Shown here piece after piece: positions 36,512 through 47,109 of a stretch of 64,000 nt of DNA. How positions within the stretch are numbered: position 1 is the stretch's first letter; each line of letters begins with the position of its first letter. The stretch covers positions 1 to 64,000 of the IMG/VR virus record IMGVR_UViG_3300049845_000008; one strand, 5' to 3'. This DNA comes from a virus. A program made the position numbers and the translations under genes. The notes under the pieces were generated by a model. That model had not been told where the DNA came from. It saw nothing but the letters and a program-made list of their open reading frames with translations, and ran no database searches.

Positions 36512-37264
36512 TCAGATGACGACAACTTGGGATCTAGGTCTAATCACTGCGTCTGCGGTTCCAATCAGTGCGCCTGTCCAAGCTGCCATGACGTTTGCGG
36601 CTGCGACGTTGACGCGAAGATTTCCCGTCTGTCCCGCAGAAGGTTTACGGAAAGTAAGTAGCGCAATGGCACCACCACCACCCGAAGTTGTACCCAAATC
36701 ATGCTGTTTTGTCAAGTTTGTTTCATCACCCGAAGGGGAGTTAATGAAAAGTTGTCCTGCGGCATTGATAATGGCTGCGGCTGAGTCGCGTGCGTGAGTG
36801 ACGTAATTCAGAACGAGTGTGTTGGCTACTGTGGTTGTGACATTTCGGAATGTTACCTGTGCCGAGGCAGTGCTGACCACAACGTTGACACCGGCTGCTG
36901 TTCCAGTATCCCACGGACTACCCGATGTTGGCACATTGTAAAATGCTGACATAACTGCCATCGTATGATCACCAAAGTCAGTGATGGATACAGCCGTCTG
37001 AGATTGTGATGTGGCACGTTGCCACCATACGTCAACTTTTGTAGCCTGTGCACCGCCTAGTGTACCGACCGTGACGTTAGAGTTTGCAACACGCGCCCAA
37101 CCATTGTTCGTCAGGTTGGTGTGGGCTTGTGCGTTGGACTGGTTTGCACCTTCCAAAGCAAGAACTAGAATGTCGTTGACCTGATAGCCGGTCGGAAAAG
37201 TAAGTGTAATCGAACCTGTACCCGAAACATAGGAAGAGTTAGCGCGAAAGGTTGGAGCAGGCAT
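36512..37264 (-). CDS. Putative virion decoration/fibre protein
   Basis: S/T/A/N-rich 250-aa protein between two collagen genes. Confidence 0.65.
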   Translation of the reverse strand: MPAPTFRANSSYVSGTGSITLTFPTGYQVNDILVLALEGANQSNAQAHTNLTNNGWARVANSNVTVGTLGGAQATKVDVWWQRATSQSQTAVSITDFGDHTMAVMSAFYNVPTSGSPWDTGTAAGVNVVVSTASAQVTFRNVTTTVANTLVLNYVTHARDSAAAIINAAGQLFINSPSGDETNLTKQHDLGTTSGGGGAIALLTFRKPSAGQTGNLRVNVAAANVMAAWTGALIGTADAVIRPRSQVVVI

Positions 37265-37275
37265 TTCAAATCACC

Positions 37276-40113
37276 TTATGGGTCAAGATGCAACGCAACC
37301 GTGATGACGTTTGCGTTGACTACCGAAGGAGCGGAGTTTACGCGGAACTGAATGACGTTACCGGCAGCGATGACACCCGAAGACCATCCGGTGATGGAAG
37401 CACTGGTGTTCTTGCGAAGCGTGTCTAGTCGTGGAGAATTTGTCTGAGAAATCATGACTTCGTTCGTGAAGTCTGCAAGAGTAGTTGTCCAGATATCTAC
37501 GCGAATCGTAGCCGATGCCGAATTTGCATCCGACATGATTGACCATCCTGCGATGTTGCAGGCTTGTGAAGTGTAGATATAGCCCTTACTCTGTGCGGCT
37601 TCCGTAGTACCTGTCGCAATGATTGCTCCACCACCGTCGATGATGAAGTTGAGTGTGCGAGGACCGGCAATACCTTGAATGCCTGTGAGTCCTTGAAGAC
37701 CCGTCGTTCCTTGCGATCCGGTTCCGGTCGTGCCTTGCGTTCCTTGAAGTCCAGTTAGCCCCTGCAAGCCGGTAGCACCTTGCGTCCCTGCACCGGTAGT
37801 ACCTTGAGTTCCTTGAAGTCCAGTCAGCCCTTGAAGCCCCGTTGCGCCCTGTGTGCCTGCACCCGTGGTTCCTTGCGTCCCTTGAATGCCTTGCAGACCT
37901 GTAGTACCTTGCGAGCCGGTTCCAGTCAGACCTTGCAATCCGGTGGCACCCTGAGTTCCTGTTCCAGTTGTTCCTTGAGTTCCTTGAAGTCCAGTCAAAC
38001 CCTGAATACCGGTTGCGCCTTGAGTTCCCGCGCCGGTTGTACCCTGCGTTCCTTGCAGACCAGTTAGCCCCTGAATGCCTGTTGCACCCTGAGTTCCGGT
38101 TCCGGTCGTTCCCTGAATACCTTGCAACCCGGTCGTGCCTTGTGCGCCCGTGGTGCCTTGGCTACCGGTTCCTGTGAGTCCTTGCAGACCCGTTGCACCT
38201 TGCGTGCCGGTTCCGGTTGTGCCTTGTGTTCCCTGAAGTCCGGTGAGTCCTTGCAGACCTGTTGTACCTTGGCTACCCGAACCCGTAAGTCCTTGCAGCC
38301 CCGTCGTTCCCTGCGAGCCAGTGGTTCCTTGCAGCCCCGTCGTTCCCTGCGAGCCAGTGGTTCCTTGAAGACCTGTGGTGCCTTGTGAACCGGTAGCACC
38401 CTGAGTACCTGCGCCCGTGGTTCCCTGAATACCTTGAAGTCCGGTCGTACCCTGACTTCCGCTTCCAGTCAAACCTTGCAGACCGGTTGAGCCTTGAGTA
38501 CCCGTTGCGCCTTGTGTTCCCGCACCAGTGATGCCTTGAATACCCTGAATACCGGTTGCACCCTGACTTCCGCTGCCGGTCAATCCCTGTAGACCAGTGG
38601 TTCCCTGTGATCCTGTTGTGCCTTGGCTTCCAGTGAGTCCTTGTAGTCCTGTTGCACCTTGAGTTCCGGTTGCACCCTGCGCACCCGAACCAGTCAATCC
38701 CTGTAGACCCGTCGTACCCTGTGAACCGGTGAGTCCTTGCAGCCCTGTGGTTCCTTGTGAGCCAGTGGTTCCCTGAAGTCCGGTTGTTCCCTGCCGACCT
38801 TGCAAGCCTTGGATGCCTTGTAGCCCGGTGGCACCTTGCGAACCACTCGTTCCCTGCGCACCATTCGTTCCCTGAGAACCTGTAAGTCCCTGAATGCCTG
38901 TGAGTCCTTGAAGACCCGTCGTGCCTTGTGCGCCGGTTGTTCCCTGTGAGCCTGTAAGCCCCTGTAGACCAGTTGCGCCTTGCGTACCGGTCGATCCCTG
39001 TAGCCCGGTGGTTCCTTGTGAACCTGTGGATCCCTGTAGACCAGTCGTACCCTGCGAGCCTGTGGATCCCTGTAGACCAGTGGTTCCCTGTGAGCCTGTA
39101 AGCCCCTGTAGTCCTGTAGTGCCTTGCGATCCTGTTGCGCCCTGTGTACCGGCACCGGTCGCACCTTGAGGACCAGTTGCACCGGGAGTTCCTGCGAGGT
39201 TGATGCTCCAAGAAGTGAACGTACCTGTGCCGATGACAGAAGCAACGTCAACCACCAACTGTCCGTTTCCGGCGTTGTAGGAGTTGACCGTACCTTCCAT
39301 GGAGTGCGTCGAGTCATTCGCAATGATGACCGTCTGCCCTGCTGAGTAAGCCAAACCAGTGTCTACCGTCAGTGTCTTCTGTGCGACGGTAATCGAAAGA
39401 GAAGTCGTAGAGGTTGTTACGTATTGGTCGCCGGGTTCACCGAGCGTTCCTTGAACACCCTGAATGCCTTGCAGACCTGTAGTACCTTGCGTACCCGTTG
39501 AACCTTGCAATCCGGTCGTGCCTTGAGAACCTGTAGTTCCTTGGCGACCCTGAATGCCTTGAATACCCTGCAAACCAGTGGTGCCTTGAGTGCCTGTGGT
39601 TCCTTGTGCACCATTCGTTCCCTGTGTGCCGGTTGCACCTTGCGTGCCTGTGCCGGTGAGTCCTTGCAGACCCGTTGCACCTTGCGTACCTGTGCCTGTG
39701 GTTCCCTGTGCACCGGTCGAACCCTGCGTACCACTTCCGGTCAACCCCTGAATGCCGGTCGAACCTTGTGTGCCTGTGAGTCCTTGAAGTCCAGTGGTTC
39801 CCTGTGTTCCTGCGCCCGTGGTGCCTTGCGTTCCGGTTGCGCCTTGTAATCCAGTGGTGCCTTGAACACCCTGAATGCCTTGGGATCCGTCGCCCGTTCC
39901 ACCGCCGCCTGCCGGTCCTTGAATACCCTGAATGCCTTGTGCGCCGTTGCCCGTTCCACCACCGGGACCGACAAAGTATCCGGCTGAGTTGATGACGAGT
40001 TGATTACCAACCTGAACCTCGGCTGCATTGACAACACCGTTCGCCAACACCACGTTTGCGAGCGTGTTGCTGCTGTTAATGCGAATCTGTTTTGAGGTAG
40101 GCTTGTTTGGCAT
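37276..40113 (-). CDS. Collagen-like fibre protein B (945 aa)
   Basis: About 500-aa nearly continuous G-X-Y tract; C-terminal domain beginning LNFIIDGGG. Confidence 0.88.
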   Translation of the reverse strand: MPNKPTSKQIRINSSNTLANVVLANGVVNAAEVQVGNQLVINSAGYFVGPGGGTGNGAQGIQGIQGPAGGGGTGDGSQGIQGVQGTTGLQGATGTQGTTGAGTQGTTGLQGLTGTQGSTGIQGLTGSGTQGSTGAQGTTGTGTQGATGLQGLTGTGTQGATGTQGTNGAQGTTGTQGTTGLQGIQGIQGRQGTTGSQGTTGLQGSTGTQGTTGLQGIQGVQGTLGEPGDQYVTTSTTSLSITVAQKTLTVDTGLAYSAGQTVIIANDSTHSMEGTVNSYNAGNGQLVVDVASVIGTGTFTSWSINLAGTPGATGPQGATGAGTQGATGSQGTTGLQGLTGSQGTTGLQGSTGSQGTTGLQGSTGSQGTTGLQGSTGTQGATGLQGLTGSQGTTGAQGTTGLQGLTGIQGLTGSQGTNGAQGTSGSQGATGLQGIQGLQGRQGTTGLQGTTGSQGTTGLQGLTGSQGTTGLQGLTGSGAQGATGTQGATGLQGLTGSQGTTGSQGTTGLQGLTGSGSQGATGIQGIQGITGAGTQGATGTQGSTGLQGLTGSGSQGTTGLQGIQGTTGAGTQGATGSQGTTGLQGTTGSQGTTGLQGTTGSQGTTGLQGLTGSGSQGTTGLQGLTGLQGTQGTTGTGTQGATGLQGLTGTGSQGTTGAQGTTGLQGIQGTTGTGTQGATGIQGLTGLQGTQGTTGAGTQGATGIQGLTGLQGTQGTTGTGTQGATGLQGLTGTGSQGTTGLQGIQGTQGTTGAGTQGATGLQGLTGLQGTQGTTGAGTQGATGLQGLTGLQGTQGTTGTGSQGTTGLQGLTGIQGIAGPRTLNFIIDGGGAIIATGTTEAAQSKGYIYTSQACNIAGWSIMSDANSASATIRVDIWTTTLADFTNEVMISQTNSPRLDTLRKNTSASITGWSSGVIAAGNVIQFRVNSAPSVVNANVITVALHLDP

Positions 40114-40137
40114 GTTCTTTTTCCGGAAGGATCCTGA

Positions 40138-40144
40138 TATTTAG
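40138..40144 (-). promoter_or_regulatory. Late promoter (CTAAATA) for collagen B
   Basis: Recurrent motif. Confidence 0.72.
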
Positions 40145-40146
40145 GC

Positions 40147-40593
40147 TTATGCCCAAATCCTTCGCCTGTTCTTTACGTTTGCAGGATCGAATAGCTTCAC
40201 GTTATTCGGTCCCACATAGCCGGGAGGTTCGCCTGCGCGTGAGATATCTTCCCATACCAGACCGGGAATGAGGGAAAGAATGCGAGTTCGCTCAAAGACG
40301 TTGCCTTCTGTGGGCATTCCTTCTGTTAACAGTTCTTCTAACGCGCCACCGGCAATCAGAATATTCACATGATGCCCATAGACGATTTCGGGTGGAGTCG
40401 TCGGAATGCCATTGACAAAGACGGATTCCTTCTTTACTAGGTTGCCAATCTCGTCCACATGAAGTCCCGGCACATAGAGTAAAGAACCGGTTTCGGTTAT
40501 GGTCGCGAGTGGCGTTCCATCCGGCAGATAGGTCGAGGTCATTCCTTGAATGAATTCTTCTCTTGTCGGAACGTAGACTAGAATCTCAATCAT
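40147..40593 (-). CDS. Hypothetical protein (fibre accessory)
   Basis: 148 aa, coupled to the large repeat protein; ends DP.NVKNRRRIWA. Confidence 0.7.
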   Translation of the reverse strand: MIEILVYVPTREEFIQGMTSTYLPDGTPLATITETGSLLYVPGLHVDEIGNLVKKESVFVNGIPTTPPEIVYGHHVNILIAGGALEELLTEGMPTEGNVFERTRILSLIPGLVWEDISRAGEPPGYVGPNNVKLFDPANVKNRRRIWA

Positions 40594-40596
40594 GCG

Positions 40597-43500
40597 TCAT
40601 TCTCCCTTCTTCACCATTTCTCTAAGAGCGAGGGTGGTGATTCCAAAAGGAATGAACACGAATCTCTTGATGCAGGAGTTGAAAGCATTGTTGGTTGTTT
40701 GACCAAATCGAATTGTGTAACCACCCCTAAACGTACCGTTGCCTTGAGCTTCTGAGGATGTTGTGGCTCTTGTTCCACAATATGCACGGAGCGTTCTTCC
40801 TTCGTCACCCCACGACATAGCCATCTTGTAGGTACCCGGCTTAGACAACTGAGGCATTGCCGCAGAGACAACAGCGTTAGAGAAGTTTATTGAGGCTGGA
40901 TTGTTGTTGTAGCCGATGGTTTGATTGCCGATGTTTCCTAAGTTTGTAATTGTCGCATAATGCCCATAGAAGTATTGCATCGTAGGGTTCTGAACGAATT
41001 CGATGTATATGGTTCCCTGACCGGTTGAAAATGCTGATGAATAAGCAGTATTAGACAACAGAACAGTCTCGACCGCTCTGGTAGCCGCTACCGTTTCGGT
41101 GTAGATGGGAGTCGTCATAATTCCAGAGGATGCTCCAACAGGCGGAATCTCAATCTGTGCAAAGTCGAGTGCAAGTTCATCACCAGAGGTTACGATTCTG
41201 ATACCACAAGCAGGATTGCTTGTGATGGAAGACAAATACACGCGAGTCCAGTTCTCATCGATTGAGAAGTCTGTCCATATCAGCCCGTCCATGCTGATCT
41301 GAACGACACCCGTGCCGGTCAGCCGCTTCACATAGATTCCCGATGCCCACCATCCGTGTCCGCGAGTGATTTGCTGAATAATGGTTGCATTGGCTCCGGT
41401 CGCGGTAAACCGTGTGGCGGTGTTTACTCTGCCGTCAATACCAGTCTCCGTCAGAGCAACGGTAGCATTGGTCTTTGTCCATGCTGATTGGGTGCCATCA
41501 CGACACCACAGAAGTTCATTGGTTCTTGCTTCCTCTTGAAACAGCCCGTTACAGACTGGCATTGTCTTGAGAAGAGCATAGTATGGATATATCTGATTGG
41601 TTGCTTCATACGTAGTGTTTGCATTGGCTTGTTCTAGCTGCGCACCCCAAATGCGAATGCCGTCCGATCCATTCGGTGTAAATGTGTTGAAGATTGAGTT
41701 TGAGTTCAGTCCTGCGCTCACGTTCAGGCTTGAACGGGGTCCAGTGAGAATGGTTCCGCGAGTGACTGTTGTTCCCGTATTTGCTTTCACCGAGCAACGA
41801 TACCAACCATCACCCACCGAATTGATTTCGGTCGTATTGGCGTAAACTCCGTTTGCGATGAGCGTTCCGGAAATCAGGTTGTAGGTCGCTGAGTGACCCA
41901 CCGGATTTGTTGCATCCGAACCAACGCCCAACATGAGCGTATGATATTCATCAGCCTTTGCGTAGACTGAGAAAGTGTGTGGTACTGTTGATGTTGTAGC
42001 CGGTCTTTGGAAGATGCCGTGGGTATTTGAGCTTACACCAGTTCCGATGAGTTTCAGTGCGTTGTTCCCACCATCCGGTGAAGGATAGAAGATTGGAGCA
42101 TATGCATATTGGGCTGTAGCGGTGGTACTGTTGGCAAAGGCTTCGTTGACATTTCCCGGCACAACCTGCGCCTTGTACAGAATCACATCGGAGTTGGCTA
42201 CGGCTACATGAGAAGGTGCGCGACCATTCACGATACTATTGCCAGTGAAAGATATGGTCAAACCGGCTGCGCCGGAAGTCAGATTCGAAGTGGCTGTCAT
42301 TATCAAATCGTAGACACCATTACCTACGCTAATAATGCTTGGAGTACAGTTGAAGGAGTTTTCAATTGCTCCGGTGGTGACGTTGAAGTTGGCAAATGAG
42401 TTTGGGAAGTTTGATCCACTACCAGAAAGCTGAATGATGGATTGAGCATTTGCGCCAGTTCCTTTCTTGACACGCACACTACTTGTATATTCTGTTCCGG
42501 AGTATGATTGAAAACCGGCACTGGCAATCATGTGTTGCGATGAACCCACTGTTGCGGTAAACACATTTGCGCCGGGAGAGCCGGTGACAGATCCGCCTGT
42601 TTTTGTCCAGTTAGACAGTGAGAAATCTTCAGACGATTGCACCAAACTTGCCTTGATGTTTGCAGATAGAGCGGTCCAATAGATGTAGAAGTCTTCCGAA
42701 GAAACAAGAAGATTCTTACTGGACGTATTCGCCATGTAGGACGAAAGTGGTCCTTCTTCAAACTGCGCACCCCAAATGTACATGTATTTGGTAGGGTCGC
42801 CAGTGTACGTGGCTTGTCCATCGGCTGTATTGATGTACAGGTTAGGGTTCAAGCTATTCGTTACTGATGTAAACGTGACAGAGCAACGATACCACCCGTT
42901 TCCAACATTGGCGATTGCGGCTGTGTGGAGAGAGTTTGCCGTTGCGACGGTTCCGCCTGCAATATTGAACCATGTTCTTACACCACCATCAGGACTCAAG
43001 GAAATGAAATCTCTATTTCCTTGCTTCACATAGTAACTCAGCGTGTACACTTTACCGGGAATGAATGCGACTATGTTTGGCGACCGGTTCAGAATGTGGT
43101 TGTTATTAACAGAGGTTTCTGAAAGCTTGGCTGCGGTGTATGAACCATCCGGAGCGGTGGTTTCCGGAGTGTCCGGAATGAGTGTTGTCGATCCTCCTGC
43201 GGTTGACCAATTGGCACCAACGAAATTATCTGAGGATGGAATGATGTTCTTATTCGTCCATGAACAGAACTGCCAGTCGAAACGCGGCAGTCCGTAATTG
43301 GTTTCGATGAATGGTGAAGCAGAAGCACCTGCCTCAATTTGTACACCCCAAACATACACACTGGATATATCGTCGCCAGTATAGGTGAAGTTGAGTGCGT
43401 CGGTTACTTGCTGTGCCAGAGAAAAGAAAGCACTGGATACGCCCGATGATTGAGCGACCCAAGAAACCACGCAGCGATACCAACCATCACCAACATCCGT

Positions 43501-44154
43501 AATAGAGGCAGTGGCAGAACCGGTTCCATTGACGCTTGTGGCTGTTCCGTTTTGAAGGTCGAACACTCCACCAGATGATCCGCTGACAGCAAAGTTTCCA
43601 TATATCTGAAAGAATCGACTACCGACACCCGCTTTAGCATAAGCAGAATATGTGTAGGTGTTGCCACCGACAACAGTGACAACAGCAGCACTTGTCACCA
43701 ATTGATGAACAGATGAAACGCTACTCTCTGTGATCAGACAGGCTGACAGAGAACCATTTGGCGCAGGAAAATTCTCACCCAAATAAACGTTGTTTTTCTG
43801 CCATACGTTATTGTCACCAAACCTTTGATATGCTCCTGACAAAATTTGATTTGGATTGGTCGTTGAATACTTCAACAGACCGTCTTGCCCAATATAGCTG
43901 CCGTTGGATGGACGAGTGAAGATGATCTGATCCATCGCGCTGCCCTTACCAAACCCCTTTACGTATCCAATGTTGTTGGAGAAGTCAAGGTCGATGGTGG
44001 CTCCCGGCAGAATGCCGATATCCTTGTATTCGCCTTCTGTGATTGGAAGCGTTCTGAGCTTCTTGCGCAGATTCGGACCACGCGAAAGGGCTGATCCTTG
44101 CACAGCAAGGTCAGTCGTCATGCGATTCAGCCCATGGGATAGCTTTTCACTCAT
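40597..44154 (-). CDS. Large virion protein with repeated carbohydrate-binding-like beta-sandwich domains (head-spike/fibre type)
   Basis: Repeats of APDG..A..L.E, Y(A/V)K.G, VG.GWYRC, WG(A/V)Q.E. Confidence 0.75.
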   Translation of the reverse strand: MSEKLSHGLNRMTTDLAVQGSALSRGPNLRKKLRTLPITEGEYKDIGILPGATIDLDFSNNIGYVKGFGKGSAMDQIIFTRPSNGSYIGQDGLLKYSTTNPNQILSGAYQRFGDNNVWQKNNVYLGENFPAPNGSLSACLITESSVSSVHQLVTSAAVVTVVGGNTYTYSAYAKAGVGSRFFQIYGNFAVSGSSGGVFDLQNGTATSVNGTGSATASITDVGDGWYRCVVSWVAQSSGVSSAFFSLAQQVTDALNFTYTGDDISSVYVWGVQIEAGASASPFIETNYGLPRFDWQFCSWTNKNIIPSSDNFVGANWSTAGGSTTLIPDTPETTAPDGSYTAAKLSETSVNNNHILNRSPNIVAFIPGKVYTLSYYVKQGNRDFISLSPDGGVRTWFNIAGGTVATANSLHTAAIANVGNGWYRCSVTFTSVTNSLNPNLYINTADGQATYTGDPTKYMYIWGAQFEEGPLSSYMANTSSKNLLVSSEDFYIYWTALSANIKASLVQSSEDFSLSNWTKTGGSVTGSPGANVFTATVGSSQHMIASAGFQSYSGTEYTSSVRVKKGTGANAQSIIQLSGSGSNFPNSFANFNVTTGAIENSFNCTPSIISVGNGVYDLIMTATSNLTSGAAGLTISFTGNSIVNGRAPSHVAVANSDVILYKAQVVPGNVNEAFANSTTATAQYAYAPIFYPSPDGGNNALKLIGTGVSSNTHGIFQRPATTSTVPHTFSVYAKADEYHTLMLGVGSDATNPVGHSATYNLISGTLIANGVYANTTEINSVGDGWYRCSVKANTGTTVTRGTILTGPRSSLNVSAGLNSNSIFNTFTPNGSDGIRIWGAQLEQANANTTYEATNQIYPYYALLKTMPVCNGLFQEEARTNELLWCRDGTQSAWTKTNATVALTETGIDGRVNTATRFTATGANATIIQQITRGHGWWASGIYVKRLTGTGVVQISMDGLIWTDFSIDENWTRVYLSSITSNPACGIRIVTSGDELALDFAQIEIPPVGASSGIMTTPIYTETVAATRAVETVLLSNTAYSSAFSTGQGTIYIEFVQNPTMQYFYGHYATITNLGNIGNQTIGYNNNPASINFSNAVVSAAMPQLSKPGTYKMAMSWGDEGRTLRAYCGTRATTSSEAQGNGTFRGGYTIRFGQTTNNAFNSCIKRFVFIPFGITTLALREMVKKGE

Positions 44155-44168
44155 GGTGAGTTAGACTC

Positions 44169-44588
44169 TTAGTAGTCTTCAGCCATCGCAACAAACGTCA
44201 TCGACCTACCGGCTGTGATAGCGACCTGAGAATTGGCTCTCAGCACATAGCCTGCGGGAAGTGGCAGCACGCGCTTTCCGTTCGCATCGTATGGAAGCGA
44301 AGGGAATAGAGTACCACCGAGAAGATCAGTGGTTGCGGTAGTACCGTTGTTACCGGCAGCAACCGCAACTTGCGTAGAGCCGATGTAGATATCCTGTGCG
44401 CCATCGTGAACATAGATGTTGACAGTTCTTGCGGCTGTGTCGGTGGAAACGGCATGAAGTGACTTCACAACAGAATCATTCGTTCCAGCCGTGAATACGT
44501 TCACGATGCCAGTGCCGTTGGCATTGACGAGAACATTGGCTGTCAGCTTGAAATTCTGCGTGAAATAGAGGTTAGTTGACTTTGGCAT
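44169..44588 (-). CDS. Putative virion structural protein
   Basis: 139-aa beta-rich protein within the late fibre operon. Confidence 0.65.
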   Translation of the reverse strand: MPKSTNLYFTQNFKLTANVLVNANGTGIVNVFTAGTNDSVVKSLHAVSTDTAARTVNIYVHDGAQDIYIGSTQVAVAAGNNGTTATTDLLGGTLFPSLPYDANGKRVLPLPAGYVLRANSQVAITAGRSMTFVAMAEDY

Positions 44589-44589
44589 G

Positions 44590-45510
44590 TTAGTATCCCG
44601 TTAAAATTAGATTGGTGAGGGTTTGAAGAGGAACGGTGTTTGCATCAGCCCCGGTTGTTCCCTGAATACCTTGTGCACCCGATCCTGTGGTTCCCTGCAA
44701 ACCAAAGGATCCCTGAATACCGGTTAAACCCTGAATGCCCGTGGTTCCTTGAATGCCTTGTGCACCAGTGATACCTTGCAGTCCACTGAAACCCTGAATG
44801 CCCGTTGCTCCTTGAGAGCCTGTGATGCCTTGAGAGCCTGTGATGCCTTGTAGTCCAACAGAACCCTGTGTGCCTGTGGCTCCTTGAATACCGGTCGATC
44901 CTTGAGTTCCGATGGCTCCCTGCGATCCTGTCGATCCCTGAGTACCTGTCGAACCCTGAATACCAGTGAGTCCCTGTGTTCCGATGATGCCTTGCGTTCC
45001 GTCAGAACCTTGAATGCCTGTCGATCCCTGAGTACCGGTGGCACCCTGAACACCCGCACCCGTGACACCCTGAACACCATAGAATCCCTGAATACCGGTC
45101 GCGCCTTGCGATCCCGAACCCGTTGCACCCTGAAGTCCCTGAAGTCCTGTGGCACCCTGTACACCGTCGATGATGCCGATGGAAGTGAAGATACGAGCTT
45201 CGACCGTATCACCTTCGTCGGGAGCGACCACAAAGTTAAGGGTATTCCCCGAGAGTGTGTAATGAGTATTAGGAACCTGAACGACACCGTTGAGGGTGAC
45301 GATGATAAAGTCAGTTCCGTAAGGACGATGGCTCAGAACATAGGAAGACTCAGCTACGCCTGCGACAAACGTATCGCTGATGATGGTAGTGTTACCATCC
45401 GTACCGTCCGATCCCGGCACGCCTGCGCGAATGTTGATGGTTCCTAGGGACGATACCGGGGATACCTCAACCTTGCCGACGCGATTCTGAGACTTGATTT
45501 CAACCTTCAT
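44590..45510 (-). CDS. Collagen-like protein C (306 aa)
   Basis: VTLNGVVQVP..HY.L.GNTL.F..AP..GD domain followed by about 170 aa of G-X-Y. Confidence 0.85.
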   Translation of the reverse strand: MKVEIKSQNRVGKVEVSPVSSLGTINIRAGVPGSDGTDGNTTIISDTFVAGVAESSYVLSHRPYGTDFIIVTLNGVVQVPNTHYTLSGNTLNFVVAPDEGDTVEARIFTSIGIIDGVQGATGLQGLQGATGSGSQGATGIQGFYGVQGVTGAGVQGATGTQGSTGIQGSDGTQGIIGTQGLTGIQGSTGTQGSTGSQGAIGTQGSTGIQGATGTQGSVGLQGITGSQGITGSQGATGIQGFSGLQGITGAQGIQGTTGIQGLTGIQGSFGLQGTTGSGAQGIQGTTGADANTVPLQTLTNLILTGY

Positions 45511-45839
45511 TACCTAGTGACCTGTGGCGTAATCGTGACAATGCCTTCGATGACGCGAATGGTCACGTTGGAACTGTCTGTCATTTTGAGGTCGTAGAGA
45601 TACCGTCCCGGCTTGATGTTGGCTGTGTTGGCTGCGGGAATGGAGAGGCGAACCAATCCGTTTGCGGCGTCTTCTTTCGTGACCGTGATGATGGCTGTCG
45701 CGTTGACCGAGTAATAGGACTTACGAATTTCAGCCGAAAACGTACTGTCGGTGATGTTGATCACCGAGTTGTCGTCGTTCGTTAGATTGATGGTAGACGA
45801 AAATGTTGCGCCTTGATCAATGGTGAGTTCTGCATACAT
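45510..45839 (-). CDS. Conserved Ig-like virion protein
   Basis: ELTIDQGATFS...EIRKSY.S...GRYLYD...RVIEG.VT.TP.VTR, a pattern common in environmental T4-like phages. Confidence 0.75.
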   Translation of the reverse strand: MYAELTIDQGATFSSTINLTNDDNSVINITDSTFSAEIRKSYYSVNATAIITVTKEDAANGLVRLSIPAANTANIKPGRYLYDLKMTDSSNVTIRVIEGIVTITPQVTR

Positions 45840-45866
45840 GTGGAACGTTCCTCTGAGGATTCCAGT

Positions 45867-45873
45867 TATTTAG
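45867..45873 (-). promoter_or_regulatory. Late promoter (CTAAATA)
   Basis: Recurrent motif. Confidence 0.72.
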
Positions 45874-45883
45874 GCGTAAGGGA

Positions 45884-47107
45884 TTACGTACCACCTTCGA
45901 CGGTCGCGGTTGCCACTATGTAGCAATTGACATTGGCTACAGTAACGTTATCACTGCGTCTGCGGAACTCCAACCAACCCGTCGCAGTAGAATCTGCTTG
46001 TCCTAATCCAGTCTTTTTCGCATAGCAACCCCAAGACAAATCGTTTGAGACTTGATGCCATGTGTTTGCGGTATTGCCAAGAAGTGTGGTGTTGCCCGTG
46101 GCTGCAATTCTGGTAAATCGAACATCAAAGTTCGATGTAATCGTGGAGTCTGACGAAGAAAACAATCTTTTCAGCCATGTCTGATAATATCCAGAAGACC
46201 CATTGGCTGTGGCGTACACGAATGAACTAGCCTCGGCTGAACCCGGATCAAATCCCATCGCATCAGCAAAATATTCAAATGCAGTCTTTCCCGTAGGGTA
46301 GGTATTTCCTTTGAATCCCATCTCATCGGCACCCAAGAAATCTCTTATCTTGATGGTTCCGGAGGCTGGAATGAATCCATTATACCCCACGGCTGTTGGA
46401 CTGGTCACATAGCTGCCACCGCGTAGAAATGCTCTCAGATTATTAGCGGTCGAGTTGGTATACCACGTTAGCCTAACCTGCCCGGCTGCGCCGTCGCCAC
46501 CCGTAGTGATGGTGGAGTTAGCAGGACCGCCACCACCACCGGGCGCGGTGCCGTCGAGAGTCGGCGCACCACCTGCGCCGCCACTGGATCCTGCACCTCC
46601 GGATGACACGTTACCGTTCGCACCGGCTGTGTTGACAACATTCAGTTCCATGTATGAGTGTATGGTTGAATTAACACCTCCCGCCAAACCAGAATCCGTT
46701 TTTCCACCGCTGCCACCGTCTGCGGTCAGTGTGGCGCTACCATAACCCGGAACACTGTTGGCAGAAGAAAATCCACCAGAGGAACCATTGGCACTAGAAG
46801 CACCACCTGCGCCACCCGTACCGACTTTATATCCGATTGAGGTTGTGCCGGGAATAACAGGCACAGTGACACTGAGATAAGCACCACCGCCGCCACCATA
46901 CTCTGAAAAGATAGCATTGTAGCCGCGACCACCGCCACCGCCACCCCACAATTCGATCTTACACCAGACAGCATCCGAAGGAGCGGTCGAATATCCAGTA
47001 GCCCCGGAAGTGGTGTATGTGTCCGTGCGCGAGACACCACCATAGGTGTACGCATCCCTGATATCAGAGAGGAAGATCGTCCCCGAATTAGCAATACCGC
47101 GACCCAT
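45884..47107 (-). CDS. Glycine-rich fibre-tip/adhesin protein
   Basis: ELWGGGGGG...GGGGGAY...VG.GG.GG polyglycine domain (gp38-like architecture); SGTI..SD motif; follows the S74 fibre. Confidence 0.7.
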   Translation of the reverse strand: MGRGIANSGTIFLSDIRDAYTYGGVSRTDTYTTSGATGYSTAPSDAVWCKIELWGGGGGGRGYNAIFSEYGGGGGAYLSVTVPVIPGTTSIGYKVGTGGAGGASSANGSSGGFSSANSVPGYGSATLTADGGSGGKTDSGLAGGVNSTIHSYMELNVVNTAGANGNVSSGGAGSSGGAGGAPTLDGTAPGGGGGPANSTITTGGDGAAGQVRLTWYTNSTANNLRAFLRGGSYVTSPTAVGYNGFIPASGTIKIRDFLGADEMGFKGNTYPTGKTAFEYFADAMGFDPGSAEASSFVYATANGSSGYYQTWLKRLFSSSDSTITSNFDVRFTRIAATGNTTLLGNTANTWHQVSNDLSWGCYAKKTGLGQADSTATGWLEFRRRSDNVTVANVNCYIVATATVEGGT

Positions 47108-47109
47108 GA

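Noticed and set aside
32811-40113. Highly repetitive DNA that could be mistaken for a CRISPR array or satellite
   Set aside because: The 9/18-nt periodicity with synonymous variation encodes G-X-Y collagen; there is no constant repeat with unique spacers and no cas gene.
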